A program made the position numbers and the translations under genes. From Rhynchopus sp. YZ270_cl-10 (lineage: Eukaryota), in the NCBI GenBank assembly GCA_964035575.1, contig OZ037846.1, positions 868,001-932,000 on the forward strand: DNA of 64,000 bases. Direction: 5' to 3'. A model generated the notes under the pieces. It made no database searches, was not told the origin of the DNA, and saw only the letters and a list, made by a program, of their open reading frames with translations. This document shows, piece by piece, positions 36,101-48,245 of the stretch. Numbering within the stretch: the first letter of the stretch is position 1; each line of letters opens with the position of its first letter.

Positions 36101-36913
36101 GGGCTTCGGTGTCGCGAGCACCTCTCCCGCCTCCGCCTTCAGCCAGTTGACGTCGCACAAGACGCCATCTAGCGTGTCGCCAAGCTCCGACACAGCAGGT
36201 CCTAAGGGGTAAGGGGCGGAGACTTTGCTGGAGAGGTGTTTGGCTGGCCTCCAGGATGTCATTAGGAGCCCTGCATAGTTCATCCGCTGCGGGGATCAGC
36301 CTTCTGCACCCGGCTCTCCGCAGCGTCAAGGCGCGCCTCCAAAGCTGTGGTGCTTGGCGGCAGCCTCCAGCGCAGAGCAGCGCTTAGCGACAGCCGCAGT
36401 CTTCACCTTCCTCCTTCTTCGCCTGCTCCAGCTCACCCATCAACGCCAACTCCTCAACCCATTTGGCGCGGTCGGAGTGGAGCTGCGCAGCTGCTCGCAC
36501 ACCTCCAGGATCCTTGAAGCCCTCTAGGGTTGCAGAGCTAGGCGGGGCGATGGAGCTAGCTTCTCTGGTGAAGAGCGAAGGAGCAGCGTCGGGCGTGGTG
36601 TCAGTGGTGGCTGACTGGGCGGCGCTGGTGTTAGTGTCGGTTGCGGGGGTTGGGGCGACTGTGTCTGTGGTGGTTGTGATGTTGCCGCCTTGCAGGCCCG
36701 CCTCCAACACCACGACGTCCAGGCGCAGCATGTTGGCGTGAATACCAATCATACCGCCACCTCCTCTGCCTCCTCCCCTCCCACCAGCTTGCAGCGCGGC
36801 CTTCAGCTCGTCCAGACCGCGCTGCCTCCTTCCTCTCCTCCTTGCGCCTTTTGATTCTGCGCAACGCTTCCAGATCCACGATGCATGGATGCCAATTGGC
36901 ACCAGAGGCCGGG

Positions 36914-36945
<32 letters not shown>

Positions 36946-37850
36946 CGCACTCCTTTGGCTGATCTGCATAGACGACCACCCGCTGCCCTTCCTTTCTCCT
37001 AGCTCGGCCCAGCCCATTCGTTTGAAAAGCTGCGTGAGTCGATGGCTTTGGAGGGGGACCGGGTGGATGCAGCTGTGTGAGCTGAGTGTCTCAAACACAC
37101 TGATAGGTGTAGAGGGCGCAGAGGGTACCGGGGTGCCGATTCAGTTGGTCGGCTAAGATGCTAGCGTCGGTTTATTTCAGTTACCTGGGGGGGATGTCGG
37201 TTGTGGAGGCCGGATTGGCTTGCCATTGTTGTGGTATTCCCTCTACCCCTAGGTGTGTGGGTGGGGCTTGTGGGGTCTGTTTGTGCAAGGGGTACCAGGT
37301 CAAAAATAGCCTTGATTGTGTATGGTGACAGCTCCCGCTTTGTGGTGTCGTCCAAGAGAATGGCCAGTCGGGCAGCCCCCGTAGGAGATGGGTTGTTTTG
37401 CAAAAATGAGCGTCTCTATCAGGCAACAGCGAGTAGGTTCCTTCATTGGGTGCCGAAAGCGCCCCCGCCTCTTCCCTAGCAGTGTTGCTGTGAGGGTTCT
37501 CTCTCGGGGGGACCTAAAGTCTGGGGTAATGATACCTGTGAGTAGGTTCCTTCATTGGTGCCGAAAGCGTCTGCGTGTTGGGGGTGTATGTGGGGGTATT
37601 TTTTTGGCTGTCAGTGCACTTCTGTCCACCTTAGGGAAGTGGAAGGGGGAGAGCTTCTGGAGGCATCAATGACCTGGGTTGTAATAGCACGATGTGTAGT
37701 GGCATTCTGTGGTATCGTCTCTCGCAAAAAGCTCTCGCAGACTGTTGCGTGCCACCTCGCCCCCTCTTCTTGTTGTTTGATGCGTTGATGCTTCCACACA
37801 CACTATCTCTCACCTATTGGTGGTGCTGTTGCGGAGCACGGTTGGGTAAG
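33180..37850 (-). pseudogene. Decayed non-LTR retrotransposon (RT + RNase H; probable endonuclease and ORF1 remnants upstream); boundaries approximate
   Basis: Frameshifted fragments: ASPGMHGWRAHEVEQLP..LNAIERDCVWP, FRIWAA, AIDFKKCFDTV, FTPTNG, RNase H-like SSNVAEYEG and VHGDSKLII; SEIDH near 35400. Confidence 0.82.
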
Positions 37851-38031
37851 GAACGACGTTGACACTTTCCGCTCGCAGTAGTGCGTTACATAAAAAAAAA
37901 ATGCTACTCCACAAACCCCTCCCCCTCCTCCTCCTCCTCCTCCCCCCTCTCCCTTCTTTCCTAAAACCCATTATGTATCAAACCCCCAGGGATCTGCTTA
38001 GAGTTATTGTGTGCATCTTCACGAGGTTGCA

Positions 38032-40131
38032 ATGTGGCGGTGTTGCTGCGCATGGCTGGAGGCTGCGTTCAGCTTGGACGGGACGGCCGCACCCAAGGAG
38101 GTGAAGCGACGGAAGCTGTTCTTCTGGGTTATGTTCATGGGGATCTTGATGTCGTTCCTAGAACAGGGGATGAACTTTGAGGAAAAACAGGACACCCGCG
38201 TCTTAGCGTCCGTGGGACTCTTGGTTTACCTGTTTGGCTGTATCGGTGGGGTGATAACGATTCTCCGCAAACGTAGACTCTCGACAGCGATAGTGGTCGG
38301 TGCTGCCTACTGTGTGTCCTTTGGGACCTTCGCTGGTGACCTGATTCATCGGACAATGAACGCCACACTCTGGCCAGCGCTCGTGCTCGTGCTTGATTTT
38401 ATGATTCTGCTGGAAATCGAAGAACGTTACAGCCTAGCGCTCGTCTGCTTCACAGTCTTCTGGATTGTGTTGATGGGGCTAGAGGAGGCGTATCGATTTG
38501 GCCTGTTCGACCTACCCGGCCTCCCCCCGCAGGAAGGTGAGCACGGCAGGAGGGCGTACTACAGAGAGCTGACGGAGTGTGAGAATCTGCCCTGTGCCAG
38601 CCACAAATATGCGAATGTAGCGACACCCCTCGGCGTCTTCATTATAGACTTCATCGCAACGCGAGGCTTTGCGCGTGATCTCCTGAAGGAGCAGGCATCA
38701 ATGGAGCGGACCATCAACACCGTGCAGGAGATTGCGTCGTTGCTGGCTGGCTACGACGTGGAGCAGGTGGCGGAGCTGTTGAAGGTGCACGGGGGTGACC
38801 TGCCTGAGGGGATGACAGAGGCACTGCGTAACTTGGAGGAGAACCTGCGGAAGTACCGTCCCTACCTCCCTGCTGCGCTGTTTGAGTCTGATGAGGGCGG
38901 TGTGCAGCAGCCGACTGTGGCACCGCCTGGGCTTGTCAGCGAGACAGCAACAATTGTGTTCACAGACATCCGTGCGTCGACGTCGATCTGGGAGATTGCA
39001 CCTGAGGGGATGCGTGCTGGACTGCAGATCCACAACGCTGTGGTGCGTGATGTGATGCGGATGTGTGGTGGGTACGAGGTGAAGACCATTGGTGACGCAT
39101 TCATGATTGCCTTTGCATCCACTTGCGACGGTGTGGCGTTTGGGTTGCGTGTGCAGGAACGTCTGTTTGAAGCAGACTGGCCTGTGTCTCTGCTTGAGGA
39201 TGCACCAATCTGCTCTCGGCAGGGGTCGCTGTGGGGTGGTCTGACTGTGCGCATTGGTGTGAACACTGGCCCTGTGACTGTGGAGCAGAACACATTGACG
39301 GGACGGACAGACTACTTCGGACACACAGTGAACGTTGCATCACGACTTGAGAGCACATGCACACCTGGTGCTGTGGCTGTGCCCTCTGACCTGTGGACGT
39401 CTGTCTCTGAGTCGTGCAGTGCTGTTGCTGGTGTGCCAGAGGCAGTTCACTTGAAGGGTGTGGCAGACAGCACGTTGGTGTGCTGTGTGTGGCCTGTCTC
39501 ACTTGGGGGACGAAGGGAGACACCACTCTGCGAGTCTCCAGTAGATCCCAATGTTGAGAGTGCGAGCAGCAAGTACTCATCCCTCGCCTCGAACAATTCT
39601 TTGCTATTGTTGCTCAACACAGCCCCACGACAAGCCTCCGGCACTGTGGGAGTTGTACAGCTTGCAGTGGGTGACGTGGTGCACAACACAGCTTTTGACC
39701 ACATGAGCTCAAGACTCACAACACTGACGATCACACTGGAGCAGAGTGGAGGGAGTCTGGTGACGCTGCTTGGGAACTGTGTGTGTGTTGGGTGGAACGT
39801 GTCGCGTTCTGCACCTGCACACATGGAGAACGCGATACGGTTTGTGCAGCGCATGTCTGTGAAGTCTGCACTGAACGGTGCTGGTCTTGCAAGCGGCCCT
39901 GTGCAGCACGGGGATGTTGGTGCACGGAGCCAACGCTTTGTGACTGTGATGGGGGATGTTGTGCGTCGGAGTTGGGCGCTGTGCGAGGAGGCTGTGCGTG
40001 ACGGGGTTGTGTGTCTGTACGAGCCTCCTGAAGGGACAACACTACCGTCTGCACTTGAAGACGTTCTTGTCCAGCACAAGGGTTGTTACCGTGTCCTTGA
40101 GGCACAAAACACGAGAGATATAGTGTTTTAG
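38032..40131 (+). CDS. 6TM membrane adenylate cyclase, array copy 1 (catalytic domain + degenerate cyclase-like domain)
   Basis: Six hydrophobic segments; IVFTDI, YEVKTIGDAFM, RIGVNTG, TDYFGHTVNVASRLE; start taken at MWRCCC by homology to the paralogs. Confidence 0.92.
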   Translation: MWRCCCAWLEAAFSLDGTAAPKEVKRRKLFFWVMFMGILMSFLEQGMNFEEKQDTRVLASVGLLVYLFGCIGGVITILRKRRLSTAIVVGAAYCVSFGTFAGDLIHRTMNATLWPALVLVLDFMILLEIEERYSLALVCFTVFWIVLMGLEEAYRFGLFDLPGLPPQEGEHGRRAYYRELTECENLPCASHKYANVATPLGVFIIDFIATRGFARDLLKEQASMERTINTVQEIASLLAGYDVEQVAELLKVHGGDLPEGMTEALRNLEENLRKYRPYLPAALFESDEGGVQQPTVAPPGLVSETATIVFTDIRASTSIWEIAPEGMRAGLQIHNAVVRDVMRMCGGYEVKTIGDAFMIAFASTCDGVAFGLRVQERLFEADWPVSLLEDAPICSRQGSLWGGLTVRIGVNTGPVTVEQNTLTGRTDYFGHTVNVASRLESTCTPGAVAVPSDLWTSVSESCSAVAGVPEAVHLKGVADSTLVCCVWPVSLGGRRETPLCESPVDPNVESASSKYSSLASNNSLLLLLNTAPRQASGTVGVVQLAVGDVVHNTAFDHMSSRLTTLTITLEQSGGSLVTLLGNCVCVGWNVSRSAPAHMENAIRFVQRMSVKSALNGAGLASGPVQHGDVGARSQRFVTVMGDVVRRSWALCEEAVRDGVVCLYEPPEGTTLPSALEDVLVQHKGCYRVLEAQNTRDIVF

Positions 40132-40578
40132 GTCGTGATTTACATTACGTTGTTTACTGGCAATCTCACGCGCTGTCGTGCATGTGAACAGGTGTAGCAT
40201 GTGTCAGGCTTGCGCAGCTTCTGTTGGCAGGTTACACTGCGTCTCGATGGAGACGTGTTTCCTCTCTTGGGGAGTGGGGCGGGTCTGTTATGTATTTGTG
40301 AGATATTACACTTGGTGATGTGTATTAATGTTTTATATTAAATTTTATACCTACACGCGTAGCTTAAGGTGGAAATGGTTGCTCAGATAGGGTCCCCCTA
40401 GGGTATTTTGTCTTTTTACTTGACTATCAGAGTTACTATTTCTAGCGAATGGTGTTTGTCCTTCGCAGCATGTAGCTGATTTGTTCTTCTTCCGCTTTTG
40501 AGGTGACAATGGAAGTGGCGCTCAGCATTTGCTGGAAAAGCTTTATTTTCAGTACTTATCACTACACTTTTGTTATTA

Positions 40579-42520
40579 CAGACCTATTCACATAAATTGT
40601 AATTTGTAATTTATAGGCCTTTTTGAAAAAGGGCATTTTTATTTTAAATAACAGTTTTTATATTACAATTTTCAAAAATAGTAATTTTATCGCGCCCCGC
40701 CCCCCCCCCCTTGTTTTTATTTTTAAAGGGATAAGGACAGTCTGGCCCACTACGTTTGACTTTTGGACAGTATGGGCCCAACATGTTTCGATAAAGACAG
40801 TTCAGCCCCAAACGTTTGTAAAAAAGACAGTTCAGACCCAAAACGTTTACAAAAAAGACAGTTCAGACCCAAAACGTTTACAAAAAAGACAGTTCAGACC
40901 CAAAACGTTTGCAAAAAAGACAGTTCAGACCCAGGCAGCTGCACCCACCTGAGCCCAAGTTCTCTCTATATCTATCTCAATGCAATATCTATATCTATAT
41001 CTATCTCAATGCATGGTGGAAGATGTCTTTGACAACAAATATCCTGTACCCAGGTCCCATATTCCCAGACCCACGCAGTACCACGTCGCAGTACGCAAAA
41101 TTTACCACCAGACCCTGTGTTCGTGCACCTTACGTACAACGCCGCACAAGCGTTGGACTCAGAGGAATGTCTGCTGTGTAGTGTATCAAACATGAGAACC
41201 AACTCCCAGAAACAAGGGGCGCCTTTTGGCGGGCGTTGTTGAGGGTGTTTGGGGTGCAAAGTTTTCCACAATTTTGATGCTAGATAGATGTTATAACAAA
41301 GAGAATTCAGAACAAAACAACACCCTGCCCCATACACACTAAATTGTCATACTTCAAGAGCATGCCTGGGCCAAAATTGTTGTGATCCAAATGAGTAAGG
41401 CCACCAACAAAGTCTTTTGGACTTTTTTGTTGCGTCGACTCTGGCAATTAGGGTACGTGTACGTGTGTACCTGCGTATCTGGGTGCTTGGGCACCCCAGT
41501 GCCAGATTCAGCGGGGGGTACCCCCGCGAACACCCCTCCCACCAGAAACCCGCAAACCCTCCCTACCGCTGCCTGGGTCTGAACTGTCTTTTTTGCAAAC
41601 GTTTTGGGTCTGAACTGTCTTTTTTACAAACGTTTTGGGTCTGAACTGTCTTTTTTGCAAACGTTTTGGGTCTGAACTGTCTTTTTTGCAAACGTTTTGG
41701 GTCTGAACTGTCTTTTTTACAAACGTTTGGGGCTGAACTGTCTTTATCGAAACATGTTGGGCCCATACTGTCCAAAAGTCAAACGTAGTGGGCCAGACTG
41801 TCCTTATCCCATTTTTAAATTACAATTTTCACGCTTTGTAATTTTCGCAAACCCGTAAAGCTAGTAGGCGTGTTGAACGTATTGGCACGTGAGCCTACAA
41901 CGCCTTCCCTGTTGCTGCCGCGTACTGCGGTTTCTTGTTGGTCCACTCAGCGGGGTTACATCCCTGTATCTTAGACGCGAGGGGATATGCAGACAGCACA
42001 TATCGGAATCAATGCAGAGATTGTGTGAAGAGACTTCTTCTTTCGCTTCTGTTGCAACGTCAGGTTGCACAATATCAGGACGGCAATGATCGTGAAACTT
42101 CATAATATTATGAAGTAATACTTTCCCCCTCCCCCAATCAACTATGTCGATTATTGAGTCACATTTGAACGCCGTGCAACTTGCTTATGATGCGGTCGTG
42201 CTTTGAAGCTTTTGTGCGAGACGAGATCTGGGCTTTGGAGGTTTTGGTGGGCCTGAACGAAGGTGATCTCCGGGATGCAGTGATGGCATTTTGGGAGTTT
42301 GTGCAATCAACGATAAAACCTTTTTTTCCCTATTACCTACCTATCAGAGTTACTATTTTTATATTACAATTTTGCCACTTTGTTATTTTATGGGTGTTTT
42401 TGGGTTTATTTTAAATTACAAATTTATTTAATTGTAATTCAAAATAGTAATTTTTGCATTTTTTTCGGGGTGAAAATTTATTTTTTATTTTTATTTTTAC
42501 TATTTTTGTGAATAGGTCTG
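40579..42520. mobile_element. Tc1/mariner(pogo)-like non-autonomous element hosting a nested MULE
   Basis: TIR cagacctattcac / gtgaataggtctg; TA flanks. Confidence 0.8.
40728..41810. mobile_element. Mutator-like (MULE/Foldback-type) non-autonomous element with long TIRs containing tandem sub-repeats
   Basis: TIRs of about 210-240 bp starting gggataaggacagtc; about 31-bp sub-repeats aaaaagacagttcagacccaaaacgttt; 9-bp TSD atttttaaa. Confidence 0.88.
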
Positions 42521-43148
42521 TACGCTTTCTTTTTTAAAACATACCAAGCATTTCTTGGTTATCTCTCGTACACGAATCCTTATCTCGGTACATTTATGTC
42601 AAGAAACGGCAGCCAAACGGAACCAAAACCTTTCCGCAAGCTTTTATGCTGAGAACAGGTGAACAACTCGTGGCTCCTCCACCCCTCATGGCTTGCGGCA
42701 GGGCCCAGTGGGTTGGGGGAGGTCACCCAACTACGCGTTCTTCGGATGTCGTGAGTCTTGCCGCTCTCACATCCCCCCTTTTTTGTGGAATATATTTCTT
42801 TTACTCATTACTCTGAACCCCTCCCCCTTTTTGTACTCCACCTCTCCCCGTACTTCGGGACGCGGGGTTTCGAGGGTTTTGGGTCTGTTGGGGTTTTAAA
42901 AAGATTAACGAACAACACACTACGCATGAAGGGGGGTATTTCAACTGATGTGCAGCAAGGACACCCCGCGTTAAAATTAGTTAAAATTTTACCACCTTTC
43001 AGGAAAATCACAATTTTTTGGCCTAATCCAGGGTGTTTCCTAATTTGCTTCCGCTTCCGGGGATTTGGAAAAAAATTGCCAGGGAAAAAATTAGAGGCGT
43101 GTTTCAAGTGCTTATTTTTTTTGGTATTTTCCCGAAAAAAGTATGTTA

Positions 43149-43636
43149 AAACATGGTGCTTCCCGGGGGGTATGCATTTCACAAATTTTCACAAAATGTG
43201 ACAAGTTTTCACAAGTTTTCACAACTCGAAAACCGCTATAAAATTGTGAAGGCTGGTGAAAAATGGTGAAAAATTGTGAAAAGTTGTGAAAAGTTGTGAA
43301 AAGTTGTGAATTGATTTTTTTTTTTTGGGGGGGTTTTTTTTGGGTTGGGTGGTGACCCACCCATTGAGGGGTATGCTGGGATTCACAAGATAGAACGTGA
43401 TGTGGTGTACCTGTGTACCTGTGTACTGTGCACTGTGCGGAAATGACGAGAACTTGTCCATTTCGGCAAATTGACCCCACCACTGGCCGGACGGATTCCG
43501 GAAATGCAAATGCCGGCATTTAAAAGCTTCACCAACGAAGAAAAAAAGGGTGGTGAAAAGTTGTGAATAGTTGTGAAAAGTTGTGAATTGAATTGAAAAT
43601 TTGTGAAATGCATACCCCCCGGGAAGCACCATGTTT
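43149..43636. mobile_element. MITE with about 40-bp TIRs
   Basis: aaacatggtgcttcccggggggtatgcatttcacaaattttc and its reverse complement; TSD not recognisable. Confidence 0.8.
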
Positions 43637-43987
43637 GCTGTTCTGGATCGCTCCAATCATTCAAATAAAGCAGTTTTCGGGATTTTTTATTTTCACCGAT
43701 GTTGGGTACTGTGCGCCTGCGGCGCTGCCTGTTCCTACCAGCTTCTACAGGCAAACACTTGGCCCCCTTTACCTTTGTAATGACGGGTTTTGACCAAAAC
43801 CAAGAACTTGGCCATTTCGGCAAAGTGACCCCACAACATCGCGGGCGGATTCCAGAAATGCCAATCGCGGCATGTTTTGGGGCTGAAAACCCACTTTTTT
43901 TCCAAGGAAAAAAATTGCTTCTGGATGTCGGAATTTTCCGGAAAATTTCCAGAATTAGGAAACAGCCTGCAAATCACACAAAGCACG

Positions 43988-45696
43988 ATGCGCTGTTTGG
44001 AGGCTGCGCTGACGCTTGACGGGACGTTGAATGTTATCGGGCGACAGAGGCGGAAAATATTTTTTCTGCTCAATCTTATTGCGCTTTGTGCGACTGTCGT
44101 GTTTGGGCTGGACCAGCTGCGGGACATGCGGGACCGGTACATTTACTTTGTTTCCACAGTGGTCGTCTTCGTGACGGCTCTGTGCGCCGTGCTCCTTGTA
44201 GTACGCAAGCGTAGGCTCACCACGACGATCATCGTTACCACATCGGGCATCTGGTGTGTGTGTCTTCTCTTCTACGATCTGACTATCCGTGCTGAATACA
44301 AATACGCCTGGCCCGTCATGGTATTGGTCATCGACTTCCTGCTTGTCATGGGTGTCCCCGCACACTACACCACCGCAGTTGTGGCTTGTACACTGGTGTA
44401 CCTGGCTCTCATTACTGCAGAGGAAACCATCCGCTTTGGCATCCTCGACCTGCCTGGGCTTGTGACTCAAGAGGATCGCCGCACCTTCCTGAACGGCATG
44501 GGCGACTGCACCAGCCTCCCCTGTGCACAGAGCACCGCAGGGACACAATTTGCCGTGGCTGCAGTTGTCTTTGTGGCGGACTTCATCGCAACGCGAGGCT
44601 TTGCACGTAGTCTCCTGAAGGAGCAGGCATCAATGGAGCGGACAATCAACACCGTGCAGGAGATTGCATCGTTGCTGGCTGGCTACGACGTGGAGCAGGT
44701 GGCGGAGCTGTTGAAGGCGCATGAGGGTGACCTGCCTGAGGGGATGACTGCTGCACTTCGGAGACTGGAGGAGAACCTGCGTGTGTACAAGGCGTACCTC
44801 CCGCAGACGTGTCTGCCTTTTGAGAACGAGAGCGCGCACCATCTCTCCTGGAAGGCTCCTCGAGCATGGCGGATCAAAGCACAGAGTCACGCACTTCGAT
44901 GTCGAGTTCAGATGTCCTGGTGCGCTGCACTGCACATCTCCAACAGTTGGGCCTGTCATCTGCGAAGGTAACGCTGCTGACAGTGAACGTGAAGGACACA
45001 CTGAGTCGCTTGGTGGAAGACAGTGCATGTTTCTCGGACCTGTTCACAACTCTTCTTCTGAAGACGTTGCAGGGAACAGAGACAAGACGTGGGATGGTGG
45101 ACGTGTTCATCGGTGACAGGATCCACTGCTCGTTCAACGCGTCGAAGCAGTGTGCGTCGCACGCAACCTCAGCACTGCACACAGCCACCCTGCTCATCAG
45201 AGGTGGTGTCACATCGTACGCGAATGTGGGTGTTGCGACTGGGAAGGTGCTGCGTGGTGACATGGATTGTGAGGTGATGCGTCGGTTCAGCATGGTGGGG
45301 GAGCTTGTGCGTGATGTGAACGGTCTGGAACGTGTGGGGCGTATGCTGGGGTGTGATGTGGTGTGCAACAGGATGTGCTTCAGCGATGCTGAGTGCGAAC
45401 ACCAGCTGCGCCTGCTTCCGTGCAAGGTGGAGGTTGCCTCTGGCTGTGAGACACAGGTTGTGGCGGAACTGTTGGTGATGAAACATGATGCAGTTGCTGT
45501 GGCCGACGAGTGGATGTACATGATTGGTGGGAAGAAGGAGTGGGACGAGTACAACATTGCCGTGCGTGGGTATCTGCGTGGTGAGCAGTCTGACCTTGAC
45601 GTTGCTATGGCATGGTCAGCTGCGGGAGGGGTTGGCACACCAGCACACGCAGTTCCTTCCGGGACGTGCAGTGTTGTGTGTTCCTATCTTCGGTGA
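43988..45696 (+). pseudogene. 6TM protein with only a degenerate cyclase-like domain; single frameshift near 44825-44865 (pseudogene or assembly error)
   Basis: ORF 43877-44971 carries the 6TM and the shared linker; overlapping ORF 44866-45696 carries VTLLTVNV, VFIGDRI, VGVATG, RFSMVG, lacking the first metal Asp and the Asn/Arg. Confidence 0.75.
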
Positions 45697-47120
45697 GTTT
45701 TGTCGAACAGACACAAATGGAGCACAGACTAGGTAGTGCACATCAGGAGGGATTCTCTGCACCACCTGTTCATATTTAACTAAGATGCTTTTTTCGGCAA
45801 AAAAAAAAAAACAAAAGCCAAATCAATACAGAGAGAACCAGCCATTTTTCAATATGGGTGAATTTTTTTTGCCCCCCCACGTTTCAAACCGCGAAACATT
45901 TTTTTTTGGCAAAGACAATTTTCAGCTGAAAAAAAAAAAAAAAAAAAAAAAAATTCCCCCTGGCAGGGCCTGTGCTCGAAAAAAAAAATTTTTTTTTCTG
46001 TGGGTGAAAAAGACATGTCGAAAAAAAAATAAAAATATAGTCGCCCCCGGCGGGCCCTCGCCCCATTTTTGATATGATAATGATCTGAACCAATGGTTTC
46101 TTTACTTTAGTTTTTCCGCAAGTGCGGCTGTTGTGACCCTTCTTGTCACACTTACTACATGTTGTGCGCTTTCTCTTTTTTTTGGGGGGGGTTGTGACAC
46201 ACAAATATCAAAATTGATCTTCCTCTTTACGGAACGCTGAAGAGTCAATGTCACGGGATCTTCCCTTTTCTGAGACTTCTTCTAATTCTGTTTCTATTTC
46301 TTCTTCTTCCGACCTCACGCGCCTATCGCCCATCGCCAGGGAGGATCTGAGACGGACTCTGTCGGCACTGATGACCGTCAGAACGCACAGGTTGGAAGCC
46401 GCCGCCATCCAGACCCTCCACAAGCAGCAGATCAGTGCACCCCCCTGGCTGTTGTTGTAGTCATGGACTACAAACAAAAGGGTAAGCTCCCAATGCTGCC
46501 CGAGGAGCCCAACCAGCTCTTCTCACGAGGGCTCCTACAGCCACCTTGGAGTCTGCCTGTACTGGTGTGATGGAGAGGGCATCAAGAAGCACACCTTTAA
46601 TGTGATGTTGCCCACGACAAATCAGGACGGATACGTGTCCATTTCCTGCCTGAAGTTAGCGATGGACCACAAGGACTGGCCGAAAGAGAAAAAAAATATG
46701 TTCTAGGCAGATGCGGGTAGGAATTTTTTGTGCACAAGTTCTCTCATTTCTTGTGAAGATGCCTCGCTTTGATTCTGCTCGCTTTTATGCTGGTAATCAT
46801 GGGAAAAAATGGTTGTGACAGTCACTTTGGTGTTGTGGGTAGAAGCACCCCAGGGAGATGTGCATTCCAGAAAGGTGGACAAGGTTCCCATATACCTTTG
46901 ACACCAAGATCTCGGAGAAGCTCCCTATGGGCGATGATAGCGATAGTGAGATAGATACGGATGCGGATGAAGAAGAAGAAGAAACAGAAACAGAATAAGA
47001 AGAAGTCTCAGAAAGGGAAGATCCCATGACATCGACTCTTCAGAGTTCCGTAAAGAGGAAGATCAATTTTGATATTTGTGTGTCACAACCCCCCCCAAAA
47101 AAAAAGAGAAAGCGCACAAC

Positions 47121-48036
47121 CAGGGTTCTAGCTCAGAAGAAAAAAAAAAGAAACGGAAAAGGTGGCTCAAAAAAATTTTTTTCGCGCTTCGCGCGCAGGG
47201 ATTACGCAGCTCCCCCAAAAATAAAAAAAGTACGTATGGATTTTCAACACGCACAATTCTAAGCAACAATTAAAAACCGCGCGCGCTTCGCGCGCGCTCT
47301 CCCTGGCAAAGTTGGTTGAGAAAGGTGTGAAAGTTGTGAAAGTTCGAAGAACTGGAGAAATCATCAGTCATGGCATCCAAATGTTCCTGGCGAAGCCACG
47401 GTACGCAACATTTTTAAAAAATCTTGACATAAAATGGCACTTTCGTTGGTAACTATGGTCCAGTTCCGTAAACTTTACTTCCATATTTTGCTAAAACGAA
47501 AGTTTCTGGCGAAGCCACGGTACGCAACATTTCTAAAAATTGCGCTTAAAATAGCCTATTATGTCATGGGAAGGGTGTATTGCAATCTAGCGCCGCAGGC
47601 GCACGGTACGCTACTTTTTTCTTTCGCCATGCTGCATGCTCCTTTTCCGGTAAAATAGAAAATTGTCTCCTACAAATAGAATTCTGTAGGGGGTAGGTGA
47701 GAGGTGGGGGCGGAGCCCCACTCCTCACCTACCCCACCCCAGCCCCAATCCAAAACCCAAATTACCTACGTATGGACACGTATGGATTCCACCTTTTCAA
47801 AAAACAATTCACGTATGGATTTCCATACGTTCCACACGTGGAGCGTAATCCCTGTTCGCGCGGAAAAATTGACCACGCCAAGTCGCTGTTTTTAACAGCA
47901 AAGGGGACTGGCTGACGACACTGAGGACCTCCTTGGCCAACCGGTTTTTTGCACCGTGTAAAAAAAACCCAAAAAAAAAAAAAAAAAGAACGGAAAAGGT
48001 GGGCCACCTTTTCCGTTCTACTGAGCTAGGACCCTG
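47121..48036. mobile_element. hAT-like non-autonomous element nested in the Sola-like right arm
   Basis: TIR cagggttctagctcag / ctgagctaggaccctg; duplication gcacaac; empty site visible in the left arm (46155-46175). Confidence 0.82.
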
Positions 48037-48245
48037 GCACAACATGTAGTAAGTGTGACAAGAAGGGTCACAACAGCCGCACTTGCGGAAAAACTAAAGT
48101 AAAGAAACCATTGGTTCAGATCATTATCATATCAAAAATGGGGCGAGGGCCCGCCGGGGGCGACTATATTTTTATTTTTTTTTCGACATGTCTTTTTCAC
48201 CCACAGAAAAAAAAAATTTTTTTTTCGAGCACAGGCCCTGCCAGG

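Noticed and set aside
38698..40105. Recurrent antisense ORFs in each cyclase copy
   Set aside because: Conserved only because the sense genes are near-identical; no domain features
40790..40935. Regular 31-bp repeats resembling a CRISPR array
   Set aside because: No unique spacers and no cas genes; they are sub-repeats of MULE TIRs mirrored at 41575-41745
45779..45855. Possible spliced-leader relic in the short insert (reverse-strand tttgtatattg after reconstruction)
   Set aside because: The match is too short and AT-rich to support
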